64,000 nt of DNA from Azolla caroliniana (GCA_043228905.1 JBHGNT010000005.1:310001-374000); one strand, 5' to 3'; numbered from the stretch's first letter, positions 1 through 12,280 are shown. Made by a program: numbers and translations. The notes: generated by a model from the letters alone, not told the origin.

Positions 1-1947
1 TTTAGGAAATTACCAAACATTCCTGGTTTGAACAAAATTCCCAGGATACCCTCTCATTTCATAAACATGATGGGTTATATAGTCAAGGTAAGGTGCCAAA
101 TCACTAGGCAACTAATTATAGATAAGCTGCCTAAAAATATATAGTATGAAGAACACAAATTTCTTCAATCATGATGGTTCAAATTTAAGCACCAATTATT
201 GGTTTGACTAACAACCAATGACATGTGGCATTATTTACGTGATGATGTAGACACACCAATCCATAAATGAAGAGAATGAAAACATGCTCAAGGATTATGA
301 CGATGTGATTGTTGCTGTCCAACAGCCTGATGGTGAAAAGGTGTGTATGTGTATGGACCATCACATCCTTACTACTACAAAGAGTTTGTTCTCTTGTTGC
401 AAACATGTTTACCATTATACAATGTGTATGCGTGCCTATGTCTTGGAAATGATAAATACTTGTTAAGAGCTTTGAATAACCTTCTATGCATAGCAATGTC
501 TTTGCATGTCTATAATCTCATTGATGCAAGGCTCAGATCCAAGATATCTTCTATCACTTAAGTGTTTTCATTTGTTGCAAGATGTATATAAAGCACACAG
601 TTTTTGGTTGCAAAGAAATGTATGAAGGACCTAAACCCTATATACATGTTTGGCCATGCCTTAAAGGCTGAATATATATGTATACATCCATAATCACGTG
701 TCAAAATGGTTATAAACATGTTGCAAAATGCTGAAAATTTCAGATATGATGCACAATTAACTGAAAACTACTTTGTTGTTGGTGTGGGGAGTTTAGTACG
801 CCATTGCAAGATTGTGCAAAGAGATTGACACCTTTCCAAAAGAAATACACTATGCTGAGACGTCTTCGAGAGTAATGCAAAAAGTGCCACCTTACAAAGT
901 AATACAAGAACCGTCACAAGGAAAGCAAAAAGAGGTAGCATCACAAATAACGCATGATCCAAGCACGGAAATTGAATCCAATACTAATATATATGAAATA
1001 GGAAGTAGCACCACCACTATACGTGATGGCTCTCAAGGACTACAATGTTTAGAAGGAAAACCTAATATAGAAACCAACATTCATCTATTGGAAGGTTCAA
1101 CGAGCATGGTTTCATCCATTATACACAAAGATGAGTTCGAAGATGAAAAATTCTTGTTAAATCTGACTGCTGAGATCATCTCCCTTGTGTTAGAGGGAGG
1201 AACTTCTCATGAAAACATGAGAATTGAAAATAATAGAAAAGAAATATGATGCCTAACATATTTCTTTTCACAAGGTGTATTGTACTAATTATGATAGTAT
1301 ATTGTCTAGTAGAATATTATTAACTAGTTGCTATATTGTGGCAATTTCCTGATGCCTAGATAGAATTTTAGTTCATATTTGCAATGCATCTGAAAAACAA
1401 TGAACCACCCATATGACATACATAATTATTAATCGGTATATTATTCGGACTAATGTCAATAGCACTACCTAGCACTTTGAAAACAATAAGTTTTCAATCA
1501 TTGTTGGTAAATGTCGTGAATGACATCTCTCTCGTCTTTGCTATATAAATCATATTAGTTATGACTAGCTCTACAACTATAATTCAAGTGTTTATTCTTT
1601 TAGTGAAAATTACCATACATGCTCAATGTACAAGAATTGAGTTTACACTTCTGAAGTCAGATTGACATTTACTCAAAGCAACAAATGACACAAATTTTCT
1701 GAAGATATTTTAAGCATTAAATATCAGCAATTACAATGTATCACGAACAAAACCGCCCATAAAAATATATGTACAAAACTCTACACAAACCATCTTTATA
1801 ATGGAAACAAAATGATTTTGGATAGGCTATATATGCCTATAGCTGCGCATGTCATCAAACTACATAATATATATAAGTAATGTCTGCATAGCAGTAAACA
1901 TACCAAGCTGGTACGCAATTCCCTCTTACTCCATTATTTCACATCAA

Positions 1948-4900
1948 TCATGAAAGCTTATCTGCATCGATTCTTTCTGGCCTGCATAAAATTTAAAACA
2001 GCATATGTTTTATTCTTTCAGAATACCAACCAGAGAAACCCATAAATAACTTTAACATGATTCATGCTCACAGGATTAAGCAAAAGAAGATGGCAAGACA
2101 ATAAATACATAAAAAGAACCAATACAAAACAAATCATTCTGCATGTTGAGAATAGATGAGTTCAATTAACTATTATTTTCTTGCATTAAAACACATCTTA
2201 AAGGTTCTTTTTTACTTTAATAATCAATGTATCATAGATCGACATTCGGAACTTTCAACCTTACATCATTGCAAACAGTAAAATAGCCATGTTTCTGTAA
2301 CTTTAGAAAAACTGATATAGCCTTCAATAAATCTCTTCATGTTGCCTTTAACACTTTCAATTTTGTTTATATTTTTCACTTCTTGAAAATATCTTAAGTT
2401 GATCAGCACACAAAGATATTAACAGAACATGCCTATATCAATCGTTTAGAGTCTAGACCAAATACTACCGTGCCTCTGTGAGGTAGATATAAAATCAGGG
2501 GCTGTGCCCTGTCTAGTCTTTGAATGTATATAAAATCAGGCGCTTCAAATTTAGATTCTGCTTTAGCAACTAGGCCAGCCAGATTTGTACCAAACATCCT
2601 TAACAATTCATCAACACTGGGTAAAAAAAAGGCCAATGATCTGTTAAATATATTACAAGCTAGTGAGTGGACAATGATTGCTATCCTATACGGGTGGATG
2701 AGGAGTCATATCATAAGGAGAGATGGTACTCTGCTCTTGTGAGTTTTTGGTGTGCTAAAGTTCCTTACTGTAAAAAAGATAGCAGCTAATCAATGATATG
2801 ATAATTTCTAATGAATAATTTCACATGAAACAACAATCTTTTAAATGACCATCTTAACATTTTAGTGTGCATGTCTACAAGAGTATTATCATCTCCTCCC
2901 ATCAAACATTAGTTCCTTTGCTGCTGCTGTGAGAGGGAACTGAGGACTGTTTTAGTTATACCTTGTCAGATCAACAAAATTGATAATGTGCTCAAGGTCA
3001 GTCACATACTTCTTTCTCAGCAAAAGAGTTCAATATCAAAATTCCTTCCTGATGAATTTGACTGATTGTACAAGTTGCGCATCGGATACCTAACTCCAGT
3101 TTCTGGTGGCTGAAGGATAGCAAAAGACTATTGTATTAGCATAACATACTTTTCCCTGGCCATCAAAATGAACACACTAATAGCCAGTTAAACCTATGAT
3201 ACAACATGGTTGAATCAATGGAGACTATTATATGAGGCTCAATTTTCCTACCTGCTCAAAATGTGTTAAAAAATACATGCTTATCTTCAACTGTTGTACA
3301 TTCTAGAAGTTGACAATCATCACATATGCTGAACCATAGTTCTCATCAAATGCCATCATTTCATTAAAACAGCATTTTCCTAACACTAGAGGTTGAAACA
3401 TATTGAAAGATTTCAGCCATTTCCTTCACTATATGTATTCTCATTACTCAACCTTTATCTGCATAAGCATCAGCATATAGGTTGGCCATCATCACAATAC
3501 GTATCCACTTTAGTCATCATCTATCTGCATAATCATCAACGTATAGGTTGGAAATCATCATAATATGTATTCTCTTTACTCAACCTCTATCTGCATAAGC
3601 ATCGGCATATAGATTTGACATCATCACATACGCCGAGCCATAGTTCTCATCAAATGCCATCACTTCATTAAAGCAGCGTTTTCCTAGTTTAACATTCCCG
3701 TATGTCCTACAATTCGTCAGCAATGATGTCCAATGTAAGATATTATACGAAAATGGCATTGCCTGAAGTAAGTCGGTTGCCTCACTCAAGCATCCTGACC
3801 GGCCCAGAATGTCGATTATGCAGTTATAGTGCCCCAGAACAGGGAAGTGTTCACAATCTGAAGTCATCAACTGAATATGTTGACAAGCAGCTTCAATGAG
3901 ACCTAAACGACTGCACATTGACAAAAGACTGATCGACGTCACATAATCAGGCTTAACTCCTTGTTGCTGCATTTCTTTGTAGAAATTCAAGGCTAAAGCA
4001 TATTCATCATGCAGTGCATATCCTGCCATCATGGCATTCCATGTTACAACATCCCCTTTGGACAGACTTCTAAATTCTTTATCCGCATCTTCACGACTCC
4101 CACACTTGGTGTACATATCTATAGTTGCACATTCAACAAATTCATCCATTTGATCACTTTCAATCGCATATGAATGAAATAACCTGCCTTGGTCAAGAGC
4201 TGTTATACTCGAACAAGCTTTCAAGACGCTTGCAAATGTTAGATTATCTGGCTCCATTCCATCTTCCTCCATGAAACAAAAAAGCTCAATGGCTTCCTCA
4301 CCGTGCCCATGTTGTGCATATCCTGCAATAAGTGCATTCCAAGTCACAATGTCAGGCCTTTTTCCGGCTTGTTTCATTTTCATGAAGAGATGAAGAGCCA
4401 TCTGATAATAGCACTGCTGGGCATAAGCAGAAATCATTGCATTCCAAGTCACATGGTCTCGAACAGATAGCTTTTCAAACACATGATGTGCTTCTTGAAG
4501 ATTCCCACACTTTGCATACATATCTATCAATGTATTGCCAATAGATGCTTCTAACTCAAAACCACAAATGATTATGGAAGTGTGCACTGATTTCCCATTA
4601 GTTACATTTGCAAAGTTGGAACATGCTTTTAGGACACTAAGGAACGTTACAGAATCTGGTGGACTGTTCCCATCATTTATTAATTTCTGATAAAGTTCAA
4701 ACGCTTCAGCATTGCAACCTTGTTGTACATACCCTGTGATCATGGCATTCCAAACTACCAAGTTTTTTACAGATAAACTATCAAATACTCGACGTGCATA
4801 GGATAAACAGCTATTTTTACAATACATATCAATGAGAGCACTTCCTATATACATATTCGAGAAAACACCACTTTCAAGGACATTGTTATGAATACATTTT

Positions 4901-7364
4901 CCTTGATTAAATGTTTGGTCAGTGGAACACGCTTTCAGTATGTTTACCAGTGTAACTGTATCTGGCTGTATGCTTTGATGCCACATTCGCTGAAATAAAC
5001 AAAGAGCATCCAGCCCAAAACCATTCTGCGAATATCCTCCAATCATTGCATTCCAGGTTACCTTATCCTGTTTCAAAATTTTGTCATACACAGTTCTACC
5101 ATCGTTGACATTCCCACACTTGCCATACATGTCGATAAGTGCATTCCCGATCACAGTATCTTCTAAGCCGTTTTCAATAATATGGCTATGGACTACCATC
5201 CCCAATGTTAGACCTTTGCAAATGACACATGCTTTTAAGATTGCCACAAAAATGTGTCCATCTGGTGTTCTCCCTGAATGCTGCATTTGAACATATAATT
5301 CAATCCCTGCGTCTGGTTTCCCATGATTGACATGTGCTGAAATGATTGCACTCCATGTGTAACAATTATGTCTCTTTAAATTGTCAAAAACTTCATTAGC
5401 TTCTATCAAACTACCACACTGATCAAACAATCGGATAAAATAGCTTCCAATGTATGCATTACACTGCAACCCCTTCAAATCAGTGAAGGCATAGGCTTTC
5501 CTGCCCATTTCCAAATCCTTTTTCTCTATACATCCTTGTAGAAAGCAACCCCATACACTATCTGGAATATTCTGATCCAAATACTGCAGAGCCCTAAATG
5601 CATCTACGAGGAGCCCTTGTTCACACAATTTTATCACAACATTTAAATCTGTGGACAATCTATCTCTATTTAATCTGCATTTAAGATTCATTGGGTTGTC
5701 ATGATTCGTACCCACAGTATCACAACTCCACAATTCATGATCTTTCATTCTCGAGATTTTGCAGGACTATAAAACCTTTCACAATTCCTCCTTCGGGTGC
5801 TGTACCCATGATGCTCCATCAGTTATAACTGAGATTCTTTGAATAAGAGCATCACTCTCCATAGCTGTAAGTGTGTCTCTATTGTTAATAACTTCATTCT
5901 ACTAATGTCATAATCCCTTGACACAGATGCTATCCTTTACAATGGTAGGTGATGCTTCATTATGTCCTGTGAATGCATGTATGTGCTGATCACCTCTATG
6001 TGTGGAATGGACCAGCATAAGCTTCTCACCATCTACGGCTTTGGCTTAGGTGATATGATTGGGTTCAACAAACAAGTCTCTGACGTCTACCACTTAAGTT
6101 TCTGTTTGATTCTATGATAAGAAGAGGTATTCCAAAATAAAAACTGCGGTTTTCCATGGTTCAGTACCTGTTTGTGTCTTCTGTAGAGTAGTATGGTCAA
6201 TGTATGAAAAACTATGACTGAAACAATTATTTTTTGACAAAGTAAACAGTTTGTGTCCATTCTTCTATGGTACATTACTCAATCTTCGGAGGAACATTAA
6301 TATTTTGATTCAGATAATCCTACCAAATTCCACAAAGCTAATTCGATATCCTATATCTATCAAGAACCATGCAACAAGAACAAAGGACAAGAAAATAAGA
6401 AGTGGTTCAAATATTTAGGATATAGAAACAAAAAACTTGTTTGAGATACTTCATTATTTCATTGTAAGACACAGTGATAGGATAAAACGTTGGTGGATTG
6501 GATGCAAATGAAATTCCTATAAAAAATAACAAAAATCCAACAAGTCAGAAGATGATATCCTATGTAACTAATATCACAGTCAGTTCCAAGAGGAAGCATT
6601 ATCATATCACATTTGGATTCAACGATGGCATAGTCTCCTCCAACATTTGAATGTTCACAAAACATCAAGATGCTTGAGTTCATGGAGTGAGTATATCTTA
6701 TCACCATTTCATGATGCATCAAGATGCTTGCCAACAATAACAGTAGTCTCCACTTTGTTTACATTCCAAACCTCAAAGGGTTTTTTTTCTGATTTCACCT
6801 CACAATCAAAGTTTTTTTCCAGATTTCCACCAGCAAAGATGCCAAATTTCCTTTGTTTTGGATAAGATGAAAACTACAAACTGAGTTGACCTTTGCAGAA
6901 AATGAGTAAATAACTCATAGTCAAGTTTATTATCAAAAGTTCTATGGAGTTTAGACCTTTTTAGAATCTGTCCGTATCCAAGAATTAAAATGAAAGACTA
7001 TACCTAAAAACATAAAAACTGACACAGTGAAAATCAGTTGCAGTCTACTTACCTTTGAGGAGGATTGCTAGTATATAGACGAGAGAGTGACCGTGTGATT
7101 GGCTTTGGTTCCTTTGGTTTTCGATGCAATCCAAATATCTCTTGCACCAAGGGTATGTGAACTAAAACCAATTTCCATGCCAAAAACCACCCTGCATAGA
7201 TAATCAACTTTGAGATCTTAACATTAGTATCTGAACAGCAATTCGACAACATCCTTTGAAACCTCTCTGAGTATTGCGCCAAAAAACACAGAGGTTCTAC
7301 ATCTATCTTTCTCTCCCTCTCTCTCTCTCATAGGTCATATTTGACCTCCGAAGACGATAATATA

Positions 7365-7420
<56 letters not shown>

Positions 7421-7669
7421 CTCAGACACACACACACATATAACCCCTGCCTAACCTACCATCACAACCATAAGTTCACACCTGGAGCACGATCGTTGTG
7501 TGCTTCAATTACCGAGTTTCCACAGACGCAAAAGAAACAGAAAAACATTTTTTTCTTACATCGATTGAAAGAGGAGGAGATTCGGGAGATTACCGAGTGT
7601 TATGCAGGCGACGACAAGCGCGAAAGCGAGCACGAATCGAAACCCTAAAATGAACTCGGAAGCCACCAT
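1948..7669 (-). CDS. Small single-pass membrane protein, SMIM13/DUF4750-like, 82 aa; exons 7669-7594, 7191-7053, 1981-1948
   Basis: GT-AG splicing with matching phases gives MVASEFILGFRFVLAFALVVACITLGWFLAWKLVLVHIPLVQEIFGLHRKPKEPKPITRSLSRLYTSNPPQRPERIDADKLS*. GWFLAWKLVL..PLVQEIFG resembles the SMIM13 motif GWYFVWHLFL..FLRELVG (from memory). Exons 1-2 are secure; exon 3 is less so. Putative 3'UTR intron at 1903-1390. Confidence 0.75.
3303..3579 (-). repeat. Three decayed partial copies of the PPR gene 3' end
   Basis: Minus-strand translations: MMISNLYVDDYADR* (about 3519-3565), VMMANLYADAYADKG* (about 3448-3495) and LGKCCFNEMMAFDENYGSAYVMIVNF* (about 3303-3385). The PPR C-terminus is LGKRCFNEVMAFDENYGSAYVMMSNLYADAYADRG*. 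Confidence 0.85.
3580..5748 (-). CDS. PLS-class pentatricopeptide repeat protein with truncated E domain, no DYW
   Basis: 722-aa intronless ORF with repeated P-L-S triplets (VTWNAMI.GY, FVAILKAC, GNALIDMYGKCG), then HYNCIIDILGRSG, WTSLLTNCRTYGN and YVMMSNLYA E-domain motifs, then a stop. Confidence 0.95.
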   Translation of the reverse strand: MKDHELWSCDTVGTNHDNPMNLKCRLNRDRLSTDLNVVIKLCEQGLLVDAFRALQYLDQNIPDSVWGCFLQGCIEKKDLEMGRKAYAFTDLKGLQCNAYIGSYFIRLFDQCGSLIEANEVFDNLKRHNCYTWSAIISAHVNHGKPDAGIELYVQMQHSGRTPDGHIFVAILKACVICKGLTLGMVVHSHIIENGLEDTVIGNALIDMYGKCGNVNDGRTVYDKILKQDKVTWNAMIGGYSQNGFGLDALCLFQRMWHQSIQPDTVTLVNILKACSTDQTFNQGKCIHNNVLESGVFSNMYIGSALIDMYCKNSCLSYARRVFDSLSVKNLVVWNAMITGYVQQGCNAEAFELYQKLINDGNSPPDSVTFLSVLKACSNFANVTNGKSVHTSIIICGFELEASIGNTLIDMYAKCGNLQEAHHVFEKLSVRDHVTWNAMISAYAQQCYYQMALHLFMKMKQAGKRPDIVTWNALIAGYAQHGHGEEAIELFCFMEEDGMEPDNLTFASVLKACSSITALDQGRLFHSYAIESDQMDEFVECATIDMYTKCGSREDADKEFRSLSKGDVVTWNAMMAGYALHDEYALALNFYKEMQQQGVKPDYVTSISLLSMCSRLGLIEAACQHIQLMTSDCEHFPVLGHYNCIIDILGRSGCLSEATDLLQAMPFSYNILHWTSLLTNCRTYGNVKLGKRCFNEVMAFDENYGSAYVMMSNLYADAYADRG
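7365..7421. repeat. (ATCT)n microsatellite
   Basis: About 14 ATCT units, flanked by (CT)n and (CA)n tracts, in intron 1 of the SMIM13-like gene. Confidence 0.95.
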
Positions 7670-8249
7670 AGCTTGTTAAAAAGCTGGTCCTCCTGGTTCA
7701 TACTTCAACACAAGCTTTCTTTCTGTGTTTTCTGCATCGACCATATACATACCATGTTGAAGCCAGCGTTCGCATGTTCAAGAAACTCGAAAGAGACACA
7801 AATTGGCCGAAAAGCGTTCTAAAGGCCAGAAGCACAATTTGTTATGAGACAAAGACACATACCAAAACACGATCGATAGGACACACCCGACCCATTTCAA
7901 CAATCAAATTTTGGTGTTCGGTCAACTTCGGTACACGTTCCGATGTAAGCCAACAACCAAAGAGCATATCATTTCAATGTGTAGTGTTGTGACATTTTCA
8001 CATTATTGTGAACATCTTGTGCAACTGTTGGCTTCTAAATTTGAGAGAGATTAAAGGCAATGACTCGATGACATCTAAATGCACTAACCTTGTCTTGTGC
8101 CACAAAAACTTGTTATAACCCGATTCAATATGATTGAACTAGTGTTGGGAATCGGCATTGCACATCTTGGATTGTCCAACCAAATGGCTTTGATTTTGGC
8201 TAGAATTACTTGTTTAATATATCTTTTAGTTGGCTCCAATTTTCAAATC

Positions 8250-9760
8250 TATTGTTTTGGTCGAGCCCTTAGGCTAAATTGGATTACTAAAACTAATTGA
8301 AGAGTTAGAAATATGTTTACCCAAACTAGTCCTTTATCATGGAAGTTGATGCATCTAATTTTGCACTTGCATACCTTAAAGAACCTTGTACGGATTATAA
8401 TAAGTTTAGTTGCAGGATATGATGGCTTGTTGTTTCATAATAGTCTTTTGTATTTTCTTGATGGCCCCCTCCATCTTTGAGTCTTGCGATAGTACCATGA
8501 CATGTGTATTTTTGACAAGGACAATGTTTGCACTTGCAATATATGTCCTTGATCTAAGATACCTCAATATACTTTATATGGATAGTTGCAACTTGCAACC
8601 ATTTCCATCTCTTGATGATCCATGGGAATTCATTTCTTTGGATTTCATTACAAATATCTCATCTTCCAAGGATTTCGATGTCATTCTCACAAGCTTTTTT
8701 ACTTAGATGAGGCATTTCCTTCTATATGTACATTAAGACCATGAGTATTAAGGAAACATCAAATTCAGTTATGGGAAAGGTATCCATGGATCATGGTTTT
8801 GGCATAGACCTTCACCATTAGAATACCATGTGTAAAGCTAATGATATTATATTATATTTAGTCCATGCAATTGATCTCTATCCGCTTATAACCCTCTTGT
8901 CCCCCACCTCAGCTAAGTCCAGGTGGCCCTCAATCCACAGGAGCGATTGATCTCTATCCGCTTATAACCCTCTTGTCCCCCACCTCAGCCAAGTCCAGGT
9001 GGCCCTCAGTCCACAAGAGCGATTGATCTCTATTCGCCTATAGCTCTCCTGTCCCCCACCTCAGTTGGGTCCATGTGGCTCTCAGTCCACAGGAGCGATT
9101 GATCTTTATCCGCCAATTGCCACCTCGTACACGATAGCCCTCTTGTTCCCCACCTTAGCCAAGTCCAGGTGGCCCTCAGTCCACAAGAGCGATTGATCTT
9201 CATCTGCTGGTTGCTAGCTCGTTTTCCGTCACTAGCCCCGTCCAATTATCAGGGCCGACAGTTCTACGGGGATGTCCTCAACGTCATTGTAGCTCAACTC
9301 GGTGTCCAACAGATGTTTACGTCCCCATACAATCCTCAAACAAATGCCCTCACCAAACGCCTCAACAAGACCCTCAAGAAGGAGATTGCCGCTTACATCG
9401 ATCCATGCCACAAAACCTAAGATCAAATCTTGCATTTCGTCACCCATGCCTACAATACATTCATACATGAGTCAACATGGATCAACCCTTTTCAAGCACT
9501 CTATTGGCATAACCTCACCTCCCACCAAAATCGTCCATTGATGTCCATTCGAAACTTGCCAACATGGATAATGCCACTTGGGAGCTCTATCTCCAACAGA
9601 TGCTCCCCCTCCTTTGACAAGTCACTGCTCATGTTCCCGTTCCCGTTCCCGTTCCTGCTCCTCGGTCTATTGTTTCTCTCAGGGGGGAAATGTGGTGTGC
9701 ATGTGTTCCTTTGTGCCACCCTTTTAGCACACCCTTTTTAGGATGCATGTACCTAAGCAG
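8250..9760 (+). mobile_element. Degenerate Ty3/Gypsy pol remnants (RNase H, integrase), PPT and start of an LTR
   Basis: SFIMEVDASNFAL (about 8330), PWEFISLDFITNI (about 8620) and QGRQF...TSPYNPQTNALTKRLNKTLK (9250-9380). Purine tract AGGGGGGAAA at 9681-9690 is followed by TG. May be two nested elements. Confidence 0.75.
8871..9200. repeat. 76-bp minisatellite, about 4 copies
   Basis: Unit TTGATCTCTATCCGCTTATAACCCTCTTGTCCCCCACCTCAG... starts at 8871, 8947, 9023 and 9099 (this copy 18 bp longer), with a partial unit at 9193. Confidence 0.95.
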
Positions 9761-11125
9761 ACCCACCCTTTTTAGCTAAGCCAACCCAAATGGGTACCTT
9801 TGTATGAACTATAAATTGAGTAAGAAATAAGAAGCTAACTAGGTTGGTTTTGATCTCTTATGTGCATTTCACAATATATTAGGCAATGACTTTAACGTCT
9901 TAGTAAAATGGCAAGTTTTGATTTTTCTATTTTTATTTAGCCTATCCCTTAGACAATACACGAAGACAATGAATATATCTCAAATGTTTTTATTTCCCTA
10001 TGAGTTCAACTTTTTCTTTTTCCACGTTTCATGCACTCAACATGATTGTAATGGACTACATGTCAATGGTAGGGACGAGGAAAACAAGAATCAATGTGTT
10101 GAGACAATTTCCCCAATAAAGGAATCCTCCATTTCGGAGTGGTAGTGTATGTCACAACAATAAGTTGGAGCTCTAAATCAGTGGATCTTGGATATCTATG
10201 AATTTATTCATGACATAAAAGCTTATAAAAGATCACTAAAGAGGTTACGGATGCCAAGTAAGAACTTCTTGCTAATTAAAGATTCGTATACTACAATGAT
10301 GCGGATAGGATACAAGTGAGAGGCATATTTTTTCATGACAAGTATAAATCTTGGAAGAGTTCCATGAAGGATACAAAGAGGACATTGACTAATTCATTAT
10401 ATGATAGAGAAAATATCGCAAAGGCATCTATATTGGTCAACAATGTAGAAGGATGCACATTTTCATGCAAAAGGGTAAATGTGAGATAATGGGACAATCA
10501 ATTGAGCAACATGAGATGCTATAACAACCAACATTATCATAATCACCATAAATTATGTACAAAGTGGTGAAAGTAAATGTCTAGTCACAATAAACCAACA
10601 TTAGACACAAAATTTCCTTACAAATTGTGTGATATTTTGTCAACTCGAATAGTCATGCGAAGGCTTTTTGGAACAAATTGCAATTTCATTGATGGCATAA
10701 TCCGATAGTTAGAGAAAAATTTCATAATAACACAACCTATTACAAATATGTTTGTAGGATTACAAAAAAATTATGAAAAAAGATGGAGGTTGCTTAATAA
10801 CATCTACTTTCTTTCATTGGTGAGACTCATTGCACTTAATCAAACAAGCCATCATGTTATAAATGATGATAAAAAAACATTGTCTTTTTCTTAAGTATGA
10901 ACATGATGGCATATTGATCAAGCTTGTGGCCTTGCCTTGTATGGTTATACTCGAGCAAAGGTTTTGATGTCATGCTCACTATGTGGTTGAGGAAATAACT
11001 CAATACGATCACTATCCACAACAAAAAGCATTCCGATGTTTTTATGAATCGTAATGGATAACTTACATCGTTATGGTGGAAATGCACGTATTGATTACAC
11101 AAGCACATATCCAAAAGTAAGGAAC

Positions 11126-11517
11126 AACAAATGAAACATCGAATAGTGATATACTTTTCAATCACCCTAGATACTATATAGAAGCGGTATAGTGTAAAAC
11201 CTTACATGTTTGTATGTGGCAAATTGATTAGAATGACGTTAGATATAGTTAATTAGAGACAATAAAAAACAATTTTAGTAAATGATGAAATAATCCAAGT
11301 GTGTCTCTCATGTTTAAAATTTAAAACACAAATGAAACATCATATAGTGATATTACTTTTCAATCACCCCAGATACTATATAGAAGCGATATTGTGAAAA
11401 ACCTTACATGTTGTATGTGACAAATTGATTAGAATGAAGTTAGATATAGTTAATTAGAGATGATAAAAAACAATTTTAGTAAATGATGCAAGTGTCTCTC
11501 ATGTTTAAAATTTAAAA
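11126..11517. repeat. About 200-bp tandem duplication
   Basis: ACAAATGAAACATC...CATGTTTAAAATTTAAAA occurs twice head-to-tail with scattered differences. Confidence 0.9.
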
Positions 11518-11543
11518 TGCTTTTATTTCAGCTTGGGCATCAG

Positions 11544-11668
11544 ATCATCGGTCAAGTTTTTTTTTTAAAAGTCAAGATTCACCGTGGTATTAATGAAAAG
11601 TTGCCCAAAGGCTAAAAAGTATCCATACAATCTATTACAACCCTCCTACCCACATCATCGGTCAAGTT
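11544..11668 (-). mobile_element. About 95-bp 5'-truncated LINE 3'-end insertion with poly(A) and TSD
   Basis: Direct repeat ATCATCGGTCAAGTT at 11544-11558 and 11654-11668, a T-tract, and a body matching the LINE 3'UTR at 28190-28278. Confidence 0.88.
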
Positions 11669-11762
11669 AATGCATGATCATGTGAATAAAACGTGAAAAC
11701 ATTTGGAAATGGGCATGATAAGCAGAACCTTATTTATAAATACAAAAAAGTCCTAAAAGCTA

Positions 11763-12280
11763 TGTAAAGAAGTTTCTTAGAGTTAGCATATTCAAAGCAA
11801 TCTTTGGATTTTCTTTTTCCTTAGAAAGTAAATGTTAATAATTAGGTAATTAACTAGGGTTAATTAGGGTTTAATTATGTGATTATTCATAAAGCAGCGG
11901 AAGATGATGTTATTTGTGTGTGTATGTGTGTGAGAGGAAGATACACTTATGAACAATAATATAAATGGGGGATGATTAACAAGAGTATAGTTAAAGACGT
12001 TTCTCTATATTAATAAGCATCAAAATACAACGATATCCACAATGTGGTATATATACAACTCATGTGCAAGGGTGCACATGTGTGAGGAGAATATAGGTAC
12101 AAGGATGTAAGTCCTATATTCAATGAACTTGGTAGTGGAGGATTTAGAATGTATCCCACTCAAGTACAAAATCCTATTTAAGGATTTAAGGTCAATGCAC
12201 TAACTAGATTCTATCTAGGTAATTACTAAGTTACATGGTTAACTAAATGGCTAAACTAAGTTGAGCTTGATATCTCAACA
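11763..12280 (-). mobile_element. Solo-LTR-like copy of the window's TGTAAAG...CTCAACA LTR family
   Basis: Starts TGTAAAGA, contains AGCGGAAGATG-(GT)n-GAGAG and ends TTGAGCTTGATATCTCAACA, like 30060-30535. No TSD found. Confidence 0.6.

Noticed and set aside
1-1249. Short Cys/His-containing ORFs (SCCKHVYHY) and a 145-aa ORF at 812-1249, possibly a SWIM/MULE remnant
   Set aside because: Too degenerate to assign by eye and cut by the window edge; no recognisable intact domain.
5749-6300. Possible N-terminal extension or transit peptide of the PPR
   Set aside because: Stops interrupt the frame and I found no in-phase splice joining it or the host exons to the PPR ORF.
7049-7282. 77-aa single-exon ORF from the ORF track
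   Set aside because: Its first part is intron sequence; the acceptor is at 7191 and a better ATG exon lies at 7669-7594.
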